A stretch of DNA of 64,000 nucleotides from the human T2T-CHM13v2.0 reference genome, Homo sapiens: the NCBI RefSeq assembly GCF_009914755.1, contig NC_060926.1. The stretch is one strand, 5' to 3'. Made by a program: the position numbers and the translations under genes. Shown piece after piece: positions 49,380-64,000 of the stretch (within the stretch, counting starts at the first letter, position 1; each line of letters starts with the position of its first letter). The notes beneath the pieces are model-generated. The model was not told the DNA's origin and did not search any database. It was given only the letters and a program-made list of their open reading frames with translations.

Positions 49380-50830
49380 TATTCATTCAACAAATTTTAT
49401 TGAGCACCTGTAGTAAGTGCTATCCTAGGCACTGGAGAACATATTCATGGACAGTTAAAATAATTTATCCCCAAAACAACCCTATATGGTAGATACTATC
49501 ATTGTTTTTATTTTACAGATAAGGAACCTGAGATTCCAGGAGGCTAAAATAGAGATCACACAGCTAGAAAATGGCAGAGTTGGGATTTCAACCCAGGTCT
49601 GCTGAACTCCAAGCCTATACTAAATGTCCTTCTCTCTAGTTTATAAGATAGATGAGGTATCTGCCCTTGATGAATAGCCAAGTAATGACAACAGGGTATG
49701 TGGTTTATATAGAGACATGAAGGTGTAATAGATGACACAGCAGATAAGCACCAAAACCAGAACTGGGGAAGGGATGGGAGAGTTAGCTTCCAAGAAGTAA
49801 CCTTACAGGAGTGAAGAGTTCCAAGTCGAGAGTCAGTATGTACAGAGGCCCAGAGGTAAGGGAGAACTTGACACACTTTAGGAATTAAAAGATTTAAGAG
49901 GAGGCCAGGCACAGTGACTCACACCTGTAATCCCACCACTATGGGAGCACTGAGGTGGGTGGATCACTTGAGCTCAGGAGTTCAAGACCAGCCTGAGCAA
50001 CATGGCAAAACCCCATCTCTACAAAAAATTAGCCAGGCATGATGGTGCACGTCTGTAGTCCCAGCTACTCAGGAGGCTGAGACAGGAGGATCTCCTGAAC
50101 TCAGGAAGTACAGGTTGCAGTGACCCAAGATGGCACTACTGCACTCCAGCCTGGGTGACAGAGTGACTCTGTCTCAAAAGATTCAGAGTAGCCAGATTCT
50201 AGCCTGAGTGATATAGGAAGTGAGGAAAGTTTAGGTTGGAAAAATAATCAGAAATGAGATGACTTGGTCCTGAAGGTTTAAGATGATTGGACTTCTGGGG
50301 TTTTTGGTGGTGTTTTTTTGTTTCGTTTTTTACTTTTGGCTTTTTTCTTTTTTGGTCAGCAGACTTTTTCTGTAAAGGTCAGATAATAGCTGTTTTAGGC
50401 ATTGTGAGCCACATAGTCTTCATTGCAGATACTCAAATCTGACTTTTTGCTACTCAAACGTGACAGCAGCCACAGACAATACATAAGTGAATGGTCATGG
50501 CTGTGTTCCAGTAAAACTTTGTTTGCAGAAACAGGTGTCTCGCTATAGTTTGCTGACACTGGTGCTAAAACATCAGGGAGCCATTCAAGTGGGAAGAGTT
50601 ATGATCAAATTGACATCTTAGAGAGATTGCTCCTGTTATATAAAATGGGCAAAAAATGGTAACTGGAAAACTAGTTAGAAGACTGTTGTAATCATACAAA
50701 CAAAAATGGTCATTCCTAACCCAGATTAACAGTGCTGAAGGACTTTAAGCACCATTAAGGCATAGCTACTTGTTCACTGCTCTAGCCACAGATAAAGCAC
50801 AGGTGATCAAATATTTGTTAAGTGAATGAA
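49380..50830 (+). mobile_element. L2 region with inserted MIR (about 49470-49640), AluJ (49902-50180, +) and MER58A-like hAT element (about 50355-50562)
   Basis: attcattcaacaaattttattgagcacct L2 end; MER58 motifs ttttctgtaaagg...ggctgtgttccagtaaaacttt...tagtttgctgac. Confidence 0.78.
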
Positions 50831-51147
50831 GTGGAATATGTATCCTATATATACCTTGAATATATAATGAAAATGGGTTCACTTATTTGGAAGATAATAT
50901 TTGAATTTCAAATTAATTTGAGCCACAAAATGAATAGTTTCAAGATATGTATATTATATATTTGTTAAAAGTAAGCATAGGATCTCCAAACCAGAAAAAA
51001 AATTCCATTATTATTTATTTGTGTACCCTTATCACCATTTTTAACTTACATTATTACACATGATTTTTGTTGTCATCATTGGTTTACAGATGGCATTACG
51101 TTATATTTGACAAAAGCTCAACTTTTTGTATCTATTCTTTTTTCTAG

Positions 51148-51185
51148 TCCCTGTGTTCCCAAGAGAATTACATTATTGACAAAAG
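51148..51185 (+). CDS. R3HDM1: 38-nt exon SLCSQENYIIDK(R)
   Basis: ttttttctag| acceptor, AAG|gtgagg donor, phase 0/2. Confidence 0.9.
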
Positions 51186-51268
51186 GTGAGGGAATTTTTA
51201 ACATCTGTTTTGGTAATTGTCTGACTGATGCTAATAAAAATTAAAATGTCCTATTAAAATGCCAACAG

Positions 51269-51319
51269 ACTCCAAGACGAGGATGCCAGTAGTACCCAGC
51301 AGAGGCGCCAGATATTTAG
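51269..51319 (+). CDS. R3HDM1: 51-nt exon LQDEDASSTQQRRQIF(R)
   Basis: Weak acceptor aaaatgccaacag|, TAG|gtattg donor, phase 2/2, keeps frame. Confidence 0.87.
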
Positions 51320-51396
51320 GTATTGGAAGCATGTTTTCAATACAGTATTGAAAAATTAAAGCATTTTTTTCTTTACTTTTTGTTCCCCTGCATTAG

Positions 51397-51735
<339 letters not shown>

Positions 51736-52345
51736 TAATTATCCTAAAATATAAAATCACTATCAATAGTACCTTGACCACCTCCGGAGCACTTAAGGGG
51801 TAATATGTTTCTTGACATGAGGATTCACTCTCTGTCCTGGACACAGATTTACAACCATCAATTACCATAAAAATTCTTCTCTATTGTGACATAAACTTAA
51901 TTAGGTAGGTTCAATGAAACATTATCTCTTGATTGAATGCCCATAGGTAATTGGAAATTCTTTATTACTTATTCGTAGTTGGTAGAAGGCATGGTTTCTC
52001 ACCTAGGATTATTTAACACTGATTGCATTTTCAGCTAATACTATCAATTATTGATTGCATTTTTTATGATAAAGTCCTTCATTTTCCATTAAAAAAATTA
52101 AATTGCTGAGGAGATTTTGAGGAATTTAAAAAACAAAAACAAGTAACTTACAAATGACTGAAAATTTCAATAATCTCCTCATTCTACTACCTGCTTCCTT
52201 GGAGTTCATTGGCTCATAACATTTCTTCTTTTCATTTCCTCTAACTGGCTTCAATACTAAAGAAGCTCATATGTTTTTAGGATCCTTGAAGATCTTTATT
52301 TTTATCCCAAAATAAGCGTGAAAGTCAAAAATGGGTGTTTCCCTG

Positions 52346-52672
<327 letters not shown>

Positions 52673-53941
52673 CTATTTGGGTGAGCCTAAACATAAGGTA
52701 TTGTACACGTAAGAATTGAAGGACATATTTGAACTGAAGGGCTGTAATCAGTGCTTTAAATTATTAAGGCTTATGAATTGCAGTTGTCATCTTTTTAATG
52801 TATAATATGGTTGTATTGAAAATATCTTAGTATCTATGTTAGGATTTTGCTAAAAATAGGTAAATTTTATCAGTATAAGAAGTCTACTTGTGTACCAAAT
52901 ATGCATTATTTGGAAAATGGCCACTTGGTCATCATAACAGAAAAAGCTATTTATGTATCATGAGAAAATTATGTAGACACACTGCCAAATTAAAACATTT
53001 TAAGAATGTGTACTATATGTATTCTGTATTCTCTTCAGAGATGAAAAGAAATATTAATTGGCCCTTTTAATAGGCAAAAAATGATTTTTGTTTTTAATTC
53101 TTAGGGTAAATTGATACAGTTTTTATGAAGAGTCATTTTGGCATAACTTAAAATAGAAGCTGTCCTTCAGAAGGCAATCTGTATAGTGTATCATAGTTGT
53201 TTCATTCATTAAAGATTAATTATCCATCCCAGAGTCAATTCTCTTATTCAAAACCTAATTAACTATATACATAAGATGCAAATCATTTTCTTTCTTTGTC
53301 TCGGCCACCTTTTTTAGCCATTATGCTAAAAATCAGTGACATTTTCAGTCCCTGTATAATAGAAAATGGAATAAATTGCAGGGATGAAGGCATTTAAAAA
53401 TCAGTTATCAAATTAGTTCAGTAAGAAATAAATTTTAAGTTAACACCAGTATAAGTACTTGGAATATATTTCATGGTATCTCTGTCCCTTGATTAGATAA
53501 AATATTCAAAGTTGATTTTACATTTTGGGAAAATGCTATGCTAGTAAAATGAGAAATTAGATTCTGCAATTAAATTTGACAGTTATTTGTCTTAATACAG
53601 AATTTATCATTTATTTCTTACACTGAATCTTTCTGTGTTCTTATAGATAAGGGGTTTCTGGTATTAAAGATTTTGGGCATTTTGCTGTACTAAATTCTTT
53701 TTCCTGGGGGAAAATTATCTATATATTCCTAGGTGTTAATCTAAAAGGTAAAATGTACATAACTTTGTCCTTTTGGGAATGTGGGTAATGTGCTTTTTGT
53801 GGCTGTCTGTGGCTGGTGTTGTTATAAATGTGCTTAAATTGCATGCTTTGGCAGTGATTTCTCTGACAACTTACGTAATCAGTTTGCTGTATTAAACTTG
53901 TTCGTTATGGGGAGGGTAAGCAAACGTGGACAGTAAATTAA

Positions 53942-54355
<414 letters not shown>

Positions 54356-56212
54356 TGAAAATTTAAGGATACTTATTAAATGTATTTTCTGAATATGTGT
54401 AGTCAGCTTTTTATTATTCATGAATAATTAACATTTTCCAAGAACTTTATAACAAAAACACTTAATGCTAGGGAAGTTTCAAAGACATTTATATCAGAAA
54501 GCATTTTTTTCCCCTTGTACATCTGTGATATCATCTATGCCAAATACTAGCCCAATTATAATTTTTAAAAAAGTTTATTTCCTAGAAATGAGACAACTAC
54601 CCACGAAAGAGCTTTGTTTGATATAACAATTTTTTTTAACCAACATTGATTTTTTTGGATGATACAACAATTTTATACTTGGGAAAATCGGATACATTTT
54701 ATGAAAAAGGACTGAATAAGCAGCTTTTTTTCATTATATAATGGAGGGGGGAAAAATAATTATCTTTCAGAATGTGTTGATTTTCTACTGAGGAAAAGGT
54801 AAAGGACATCTTATTGGTAGTAAAAAAAAAATTGGGGGGAGTCATGTATTAATATTGACAATACATATTCTTTGCAATTAGCTAATAGTAATTTACATTT
54901 TGGAGCATTTACTTTTACCATATGCTCTGTTAGGTGCTTTAAATATAACCTTGTTAGGTAGGTGAAATCCTCATTTACAGATAAAGAAACTGAACCTCAG
55001 AGAGGTGAAGAAACTGCAGTTATAGTACATTTCACTATGTAAATTGGTAAAAATGATTTATATAGAAAAAATGATCTTGTAAAAGATCACAAGAAGTCTT
55101 GATCTCTTCAAGATAGCATAGCCCAGTCATTTGGCAAGGTAATGAAAACTCTCCTTGATCTTTTGATAACTTTAAATCTCATAGATTTAGCTGATGTGGT
55201 CTCATCATAATGGCAGTAGTTTACAGGCAGATACGGGTGGGAGTATAAGGTCTCTAAGTGTTCCTGGCCCTTTCCTTTCATTTGTAGTAGAAAAATCATG
55301 GCTTGGGACTCATTACTTTCAGGTTTTATTCACATCTCTTTTTAAGACGAAGTATGCAAACATTTGTTTCTCTTATAAGTATTAAATTAGCATAAATAAC
55401 TGATTTTTCAGAAATTCAATTTTTGCTTAGTAATTACCTTCTTATTCTTCAGGTTATTATGTTACTAACATTCCTGTTTTTATCCAGCAAGATGTAAGAT
55501 GATTTAATATTTTACTTTTTCCTATTATTTTTCATTCAAAACATAATATGGTTTTGGTAACATGAAAGATTCATTTGCTTAGGAAGGGATAGAGTGAGAA
55601 ACTGATTGGTCTGAAATTGAATTGTACTATTAATTTAAATGAATCAAAAAGTGATCTCTGGTTTTTGACAACAGTATTACAATACATTTAACTTTTTTAA
55701 GATGACCCTTAAATTACATTTGACCGCCTTCACCCAAATCTGCTCCACCAATTTTTTCTCCAAATTATTTAGCAGTCAACAAATACCCAGGACAACTTGT
55801 TTTTAGTTATCTATAACTGTCACACAAATTATCAGTATACTAATTGATTAAAATAATTTTACTTTAGAGTACTTTTTCTGCTTGATAGCTATAGACTAGT
55901 ATAGTCTTCTCTCCCAAATATTATGTTTTGATATCATAAGTTTCCTCAAAAAAAAAAAATGGAAAGGGATTTACTATGGAAGAACAGATGTTTTTAAGAC
56001 AATTTAAGAAACTGTTTTTCAGTCAAATTTTTCTGTTTGTGTATTTTTCTCACTCGTAATCATTGCACAGTTACTTTTTATGTAGTCCCTTCTTGTTTCT
56101 TTTTTTAACAATCCAATTTTAGTAAAGAAAAATACTAATCTTTTAATCTACTTATTGAAAAAATGTCTGGAAGACAGTATCTGAAATGTTAACGATATGA
56201 TTATGGGGAATT

Positions 56213-56645
56213 CCACAATAGCAAAGACATGGAATCAACCTAAATGCCCATCAGTGATAGACTGGATAAAGAAAATGTGGTACATATACACCATTAAATA
56301 CTATGAAGCCATAAAAAAGAATAAGATCATGTCCTTCACAGGAACACAGATGGAATTGGAGACCATTATCCTTAGCAAACTAACGCAGGAACAGAAAACC
56401 AAATATCACACGTTCTCACTTGTAAGTGGGAGCTAAATGCTGAGAACATGTGAACACATAAGAGGGAAACAATACACACTGGGGCTTATTGGAAGGTGGA
56501 GGGTGGGAGGAAGGAGAGGATCAGGAAAAATAACTAATGGGTGACAAAATAATTTATATAATAAACCACCATAACACAAGTTTACCTGTATAACAAGCCT
56601 GCACATGTGCCCCTGAACTTAAAAGTGAAATCACACACACACAGA
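56213..56645 (+). mobile_element. 5'-truncated primate L1 (ORF2 C-terminus plus 3'UTR)
   Basis: Translates TIAKTWNQPKCPSVIDWIKKMWYIYT...FSLVSGS*, the ORF2 end; 14-bp TSD gattatggggaatt (56199-212) / gattatggtgaatt (56646-59). Confidence 0.93.
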
Positions 56646-56751
56646 GATTATGGTGAATTTATTTTCTTTTTTGTCTCTATTTGTTATTTTCTTAAAACAA
56701 ATGTTACTTTTTGTAATAAGAAAAAGTTGTTTAGAATGTACGTGTAGAGAA

Positions 56752-57045
56752 GCCAGGTGCAGTGGCTCACACCAGTAATCCCAGCACTTTAGGAGACCAA
56801 GGCGGGTGGATCACGTGAGGTCAGGAGTTCGAGACCAGCCTGGCCAACATGGTGAAACCCCATCTCTACTAAAAATGTAAAAATTAGCCGGGCGTGGTGG
56901 CAGGTGCCTATAATCCCAGCCAGTCTGGAGGCTGAGGCAGGAGAATTGCTTGAACCCGGGGGAGGCTGAGGTTGCAGTCAGCTGAGATCGCACCACTGCA
57001 CTCCAGCCTGGGCCGGGCAACAGAGTGAGACTGTCTCAAAAAAAC
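56752..57045 (+). mobile_element. AluS
   Basis: Full Alu. Confidence 0.94.
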
Positions 57046-57269
57046 AGAAAAGAGGTTGTAAAATAAGGACAGTACCATCAAGTTTACAATTTGAAACATG
57101 AGCTATTAATTATTTTAGTTTTTCATCCAGTTCTAATTTTATTAGTGAAATATATGTAATGTGGCCTAAAAATTAGATATTTCCTACCTCCTAATAAAAA
57201 CTAATGAATAACTTTCCAATATCCTGAAGTCAAGCATTTTCTCTTTGAACTGAAATATAGCCTTATAGG

Positions 57270-58078
<809 letters not shown>

Positions 58079-58667
58079 TAATGCTAAGTTGACTTGCCTT
58101 TACATATTTGGGACTAAATTCGCTAATTATAATTGAGATAGCCTAAGTATCTCTTAGAACTTTAATATTCTGCCACTAGTGATATTCCACTCACTACTCA
58201 TAGGAAAAGAGATAACTTCAAAGGTTTTTCCCCTGATAAATACTGAAAATATGTTGGAAAGAAGGGAATTGTTTTAATCATATGAGCCTGTCTGGTGAGT
58301 ATTTTATCCCTATTTCACAACAGCAAGAAATGGACAACAGGAGAAATAAAAACAAAACTGTGATTGTTCATTGGCCCAATGAGCAAAGTGAGTTGTTTTA
58401 AGATTCCACAGATTAAGCAGTTAGAAGAAACTGAGATAGGCTGCTCAGGTTCTGCAAGGTACTCTTCATCCATTCTACCTACCCTATGAAAGACAAAGCA
58501 GTTCTGAGTTAGAATTCCCAAAAGTACTCTCAGTAATATTTTGAGTTTGTAAAAATGTTTAGAATTTACACATTCATTTTCACATTCAGTCTTTTTCCCC
58601 TACAGTTGTATTATCCATCTTTGGGGAACTTGACTATACCAGTATGAACTCCTATTTTTATTCTAAC

Positions 58668-58964
58668 TTTTTTTTTTTTTTTTTGAGATGGAGTCTTGCT
58701 CTGTCACCCCGGCTGGAGTGCAGTGAAGTGATCTTGGCTTACTGCAAGCTCCGCCTCCTGGGTTCACACCATTCTCCTGCCTCAGCCTCCCAAGTAGCTG
58801 GGACTACAGGCAGCCGCCACCACGCCCGGCAAATTTTTTGTATTTTTAGTAGAGACTGGGTTTCACCATGTTAGTCAGGATGGTCTCGATCTCCTGACCT
58901 CGTGATCCACCCGCCTCGGCCTCCCAAAGTGCTGGGATTACAGGCATGAGCCACCGCGCCCGGC
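58668..58964 (-). mobile_element. AluY/Sc-like
   Basis: Full Alu; TSD tattctaactt. Confidence 0.95.
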
Positions 58965-59096
58965 CTATTCTAACTTGTAAAGATTGTTTAACATTATCAA
59001 AGTTCCTGTAGTTAGTTATACCTCTTTTTCCCTGCAAGACTCAGTATTCCATTGGTGAAAACATGCAGAGTGATTTTGTATGAAAGAAGTATGATG

Positions 59097-59390
59097 GGCC
59101 TGGCGCGTTGGCTCACACCTGTAATCCCAGCACTTTAGGAGGCCGAGGCAGGCAGATCACCTGAGGTCAGGAGTTCGAGCCCAGCCTGGCCCAAATGGTG
59201 AAACCCCCGTCTCTACTAAAAATACAAAAATTAGTCGGGTGTGGTGGTATGCACCTATAGTCTCAGCTACTCAGGAGGCTGAGGCAGGAGAATCACTTGA
59301 ACCCGGGAGGTTGCAGTGAGCCGAGATCAGGCCACTCCACTCCAGCCTGGGTAACAGAGTGAGACTCCATCTCAAAAAAAAAAAAAATTA
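59097..59390 (+). mobile_element. AluS
   Basis: TSD aagaagtatgatg at about 59084 and about 59428. Confidence 0.93.
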
Positions 59391-61598
59391 AATAAATAAG
59401 TGAGTATCCCTTAAAAAAAAAAAAAGAAGAAGTATGATGATAAACTTGAACTGGAGAAATTTCATTAATTTTGCTCACAAATGATATCATTTGTATTGCA
59501 GGGTTGAAGAACATACAAGTTTAATTACATTATTTAATGGTGTGAAAGTCATAAAAAATAATTGTACTTCTGGCAATTAAGACTCCTAATACTGGGCAAG
59601 GCAGTTTTTTAAAAAGAAGAACTTACAAGTTATGGATATACTTCTAAGACCATAGAAATCAGTTAATGTATGTAGAAGAGATTGCCTAAAACTATTTCCA
59701 CAGACTCCCATATTCCCTTCCCAATCCCATTTGGTTACATACAATGAGCTCGCATAAAACTTCTTCCCTGGCTTTCTCTGCCTTGGCTTCAGTCAGCTTG
59801 GTCCCAAAGAGTTTCCTCTTTATTATGCTGTCATGTAGTTGTCTTTGCAGTGCCATGTATTTTACCAGGAGCTTTAAAACACTAATTTTCATTTGGTTTC
59901 ATTTTTATTTAAATTTCAGTGGAAATAATGTTAATCTGGCAACTTTTAAAAACTCTGGGATTTATCTGTGATTATATATTTCAGATTATTATCTCTTAGA
60001 ACTTTGTCTGATTTAGTGATAAGAGACAGTTCTAAATGAAGATGTAGGCCACCTAGTTTAGAAACAGATGCTTTAATGAGCTATAATTGGAATTCTTGGG
60101 ATATTCATCAAATTTCATAACTTATTTTTCTAGCATTGCTCCAAGTTCAGGTAATGCATCATCAGATCCAGAAACAGAGACTCAAAAGTGATTCTCAATG
60201 AATACCTTTTGCACAATCTGAAATAATTTATCAATGAGATTGCAAATAACCAAACAAAATAATGCTATGATTTCCAAAGCCTTCAGAAGGGCTACTTTTC
60301 TTAGACCTAACGTAAAACCAATTACTTTAGGTGGATGTTGTTTTGCAGCCAGTTGCAATTCAAGTAGGAAAAGGATGTGCTAAGGCTCTTTCTTCCCTAA
60401 ATGGTGTCAGAATTTCACTTTCATCAATCAATCTTCTAGCCCACAGTTTTTTTCATTACTCTCTGAAATTCGGGAAGACATTAATTCATACCCTTGGTGC
60501 TCATAGTACTTTCCTTAATCCCCCAGCTGACTAAAACTTTTGTTTCATCTGACACATAGGAGATCAAGTCATCTGAAAGTTATGTCTTAATGGTTATCTG
60601 ACTTAATAACACATCAAGTAGCTTGTTCTTGAGAGTTCTAAAGCTATGGCACCTCATGTAGTATAATATGTACTATCATCTGTTAGGAAGCTCACTTATT
60701 TCTAGCCATGAGTTTTGTGAGGAACCAGAGGCTACTTCATAGATCTTTCAGCTTTTACTGAAAGATTTTTTTAATGCTTTAATTATAGATTTTTTTGCTT
60801 TCTTTTAAGCTTATCTAAGCTTTTGTTTTTTAGAAACCGTTGTGTTGATTTTGTGGTAAAAGTGCAACTCAAATCATTATTATCTATCTATGATGTCATA
60901 GACAAACAATGTCTATCTTAGTTGACATAGAAGTTCTCTATTTAAATTATTGCCTGAACAATCTTAATTCCATTAGTTTATCTAACATTTTTAAAGTATT
61001 GTCTCTGAAGACAACATGCAGAGATATTGTTCAGAAGGAGATGCATGAATATACATTTTAACTAAGAGTTTTCATCAAGTGAGATTCCCTGGGTTCCTCA
61101 TCTACTTGCTTATGTGGCTGTCTACAAGTCACTTAATTTACCTTAGTCTAACTGCCTTCTGTAAAGTGGGTTGCTATAGTCTTTAAGCCAATATGTATAT
61201 TACCGTTTTTGTAATAAACAGTATAAATATGAGAAAATTAAACAGATGCAATTTTAGTTTGTGGATGACCAGCTGTATTCCCAAGATTGAAAAGTGATTA
61301 CAACTTTAAAAAAAAAAAAAAAAACACCTGTGTTTGAGTGCCCCTGGGAAACATAAAACCCTTTTTTTTCCTGAAACTCAGGAGTATTTCATTAATGGCC
61401 AGAGATTTTAAGTAACTAGTTTCTCAGCTCCTAACATGTACTATCTTAATAGAAATGTGTTAATTACAAAGAAAGTGTTTATCTTCCTTATATAAAAGAG
61501 GTGTTTGTGTGTGTGTGCATGTGTCTGTATGTATATATGTGTTTGTTGTTCCTTAGGCTATTATTCTTAATAGTTCCCACCATATATATATATTTGGG

Positions 61599-61868
61599 TT
61601 TTTTTTTTTTTTTTTAGACGGAGTCTCCCTCTGGCGCCCAGGCTGGAGTGCAGTGGCGCGACCTCGGCTCACTGCAAGCTCCGCCTCTTGGATTCACGCC
61701 ATTCTCCTGTCTCAGCCTCCCGAGTAGCTGGGCTACAGGCGCCCGCCACCATGCCCGGCTAATTTTTTGTATTTTTTAGTAGAGACGGGGTTTCACCATG
61801 TTAGCCAGGATGGTCTCAATCTCCTGACCTCGTGATCCGCCCGCCTCGGCCTCCCAAAGTGCTGGGAT
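61599..61868 (-). mobile_element. AluY, about 30 nt 5'-truncated
   Basis: CpG-rich with Y diagnostics; atatattt flanks. Confidence 0.94.
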
Positions 61869-62432
61869 ATATTTTTTTACCCAGAGCTTTTTTCTTATAA
61901 AATTGCTAAAAGTTAGGGGCTTTGGTCCCAAAAGACTGCTTAATTTCACCTTATCAGTAGGGTAATTGGAATAGTTATTGTGTAAGTTATTACTGTCTGA
62001 TAGTAAGAATGAAGTTTTTCATTTATAATTTAGTGTTATACTGCAAAATAGGGCAACCCTTTCATAAAACCAGGAAATAATGAGAAGTAGTTTTGCTTTT
62101 ACTGACTTAACCCGGGGGTCTTTGTTAAATAATAGGATTCAAAATGCCTAAGTCACCTGTTCCCGTTAATCTATAATAAAGAAATATTTTATTGCAAAAA
62201 ATTATTCTCCTAATTATGTAATAAATTCAGGCGTACATGTTTTTGAAAGTTTTACTGTATTAGAGTTGCTTCACTTTGTATTGTTTTTGTTGTTTCCTAT
62301 GTTGTTATATTTTAAATGACTTTATAAATGTAGTTAAAGCTATTGCCAAAAAAGTGTAAATTTCCGTTTTATGCAATTCTTCTAACGTTTTATTCTGACA
62401 TTAACATTGTTTGCCAACCTGTTATTCTTTAG

Positions 62433-62534
62433 CCTGTTCGTCCTCTGCAGTCCTCTTCACAGCCTGTTCAGTACTCTACAGCCCCTTACCCATCCCCGTT
62501 CCTGCCAGTCTCACCCACCCAGCAATACTCTGTG
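62433..62534 (+). CDS. R3HDM1: 102-nt probable cassette exon PVRPLQSSSQPVQYSTAPYPSPFLPVSPTQQYSV
   Basis: ttattctttag| acceptor, weak GTG|gtacta donor, phase 0/0, open in the expected frame, P/Q/S/Y composition like neighbouring exons. Not in the ORF track in this frame. Confidence 0.82.
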
Positions 62535-64000
62535 GTACTATATCTCTATTCACCTCCTGCGTTGTTTCTGTGGGTGGATGTGTGATGAATGCTCAAGAGT
62601 GTCATTAATGTAATATGATCTTTTGTGATTTTTTTTGGGTCAGGTTTACATATGTATCTAAACAAAGTATTTCTAATTCATACTAGAAATAATTTATTCC
62701 ATAAAATATTGGTTATAGTGGCTTATTATGGTGATTGTTTAACCTTTTCCTGCTTTTTCATAACGAAAGAATTTTCAGGTTGATTATTCTAGTCCTAAGA
62801 TGTTTTAGCAACTTTCTCATTGAGGCCACTGCAGGATCTGTGCTGCCCTGGGATGGCAGCTTTCATCTGGGTTTAGGCATTCTATTTTCTCCCCAACACT
62901 GTAGCTCCAGTAGACCCAGTACCAGTTCTTAGGGTGAGTTGTAGCTTACAGCTACAGAGGACTTCTAAGTATATTTTCTAAGAAGATTTCTGGATATTTA
63001 ATCTGTGACTGTAAAGTAATGATACTTTCTTCTATCCAAAGTATGCCCCAATTTTTATTGGAATAAGAAAATGACTTTTTTCCAAGGTGACTCTGAGAGT
63101 GGTATACAATTATGGTACTTCTGTTAACAATATTTGATCATATAACATTGAAATTACAGTTCATAGGTACATTTTTTTTCCTTTTGACACCATTCACTGA
63201 ATTAGGCTAATAGTGTTAAAGTGTCAAAGTGACAGTTGGGGAAGAGAAAAACCATATATTTTCAATCATTAAATCAGGCATCTCCTTTCAGTCCTTTATC
63301 TTCTCCATAGCCGTAATTTACTTTGGAAAATCCAGCAGATCTAGAAACTGCAGACATGTCAACTTTGATATGATGACTCAATTGCCACAATTTTGTAAGT
63401 CATTTTTTTCAGTGTTGACCTTTTAACAAAATGTGGTATATTTTATTGCCAGTCTGTGGTTTCTTGGGAACAGGGAGCATTTTAACCCTATATAATCATT
63501 TCAGTGATATTTTTCTGGAACAATAAGAGCTGGTCCTTATCCTGTTGAATTAGAGAAATGTTTGTCAGATAGCACATAAATCATAACCCTTGTCTTGGTA
63601 GGGCACCATTTAGTAAAAGCATAGGAAACTGTCATTTGAATTACATTTGTCAAATTATCTGACTTCCAGAACAGATTGAAAAACACAAGGGAAGAATGGA
63701 ATGTATGGCCAAATTATTTTTGAAAGATTAGAGAAAGGACTGTAGTGGATTTTATGTATTTAATTTCTGCAAATAATTTTCGTGGTTAGGGATACAAAAA
63801 TGCATAGAATTTGCATTTTGCCTTCTAGGAAGAGGGGAGATAGTTTAAAGCAAATACTAATTAGTACCTTGCTCATTGCTTGGTCTTTGAAGTCCTTTCA
63901 GAAAATATTAATTGTATAATATGAACTTGGCCAATTTCACTTCTACATTCTAATGTTGCTTTCATCTTCATTTAAATAAATGTCTTCATTTTTTAATGTG

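Noticed and set aside
52850-52859. Perfect MEF2 site CTAAAAATAG
   Set aside because: Isolated AT-rich 10-mer, expected by chance at this base composition.
56197-56436. 79-aa ORF as an independent gene
   Set aside because: It is the C-terminus of L1 ORF2 in a 5'-truncated insertion.
62407-62613. ORF-track entries 62407..62613 and 62411..62608
   Set aside because: Wrong frames; the exon required by phase is in the third frame (62433-62534).

Overview
This is AT-rich, Alu-dense primate (very likely human) genomic DNA, not prokaryotic, with no CpG island. The whole window lies inside one + strand gene that I recognise as R3HDM1, an R3H+SUZ RNA-binding protein and paralogue of ARPP21/R3HDM2. I assembled by hand one 5'UTR exon (15029-15237) and 15 coding exons (17375-62534). 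All have AG/GT boundaries with matching phases and splice into an uninterrupted 575-codon ORF ([12 protein letters not shown]...PTQQYSV) that runs off the right end. The promoter and first exon lie upstream of the window; the 3' exons and the intronic miR-128-1 lie downstream. Introns hold more than 30 Alus, L1/L2/MIR fragments, MLT1 and MER21 LTRs and hAT/Tigger DNA-element relics. Most ORF-track entries are Alu or low-complexity artefacts. I found no new multi-gene system. The best unexplained signals are post-transcriptional: (1) a self-complementary candidate poison exon at 46226-46358 whose splice sites can pair with each other and which reads as an exon on both strands; (2) a 5'UTR with a 50-codon strong-Kozak spliced uORF plus a 79-codon open frame in phase with the main ORF; (3) a sense solo MER21 LTR that could start an isoform at the R3H domain; (4) several frame-preserving cassette exons; (5) polarised Alu orientation favouring circRNA formation and A-to-I editing. 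Repeat subfamily names and boundaries are by eye and approximate.
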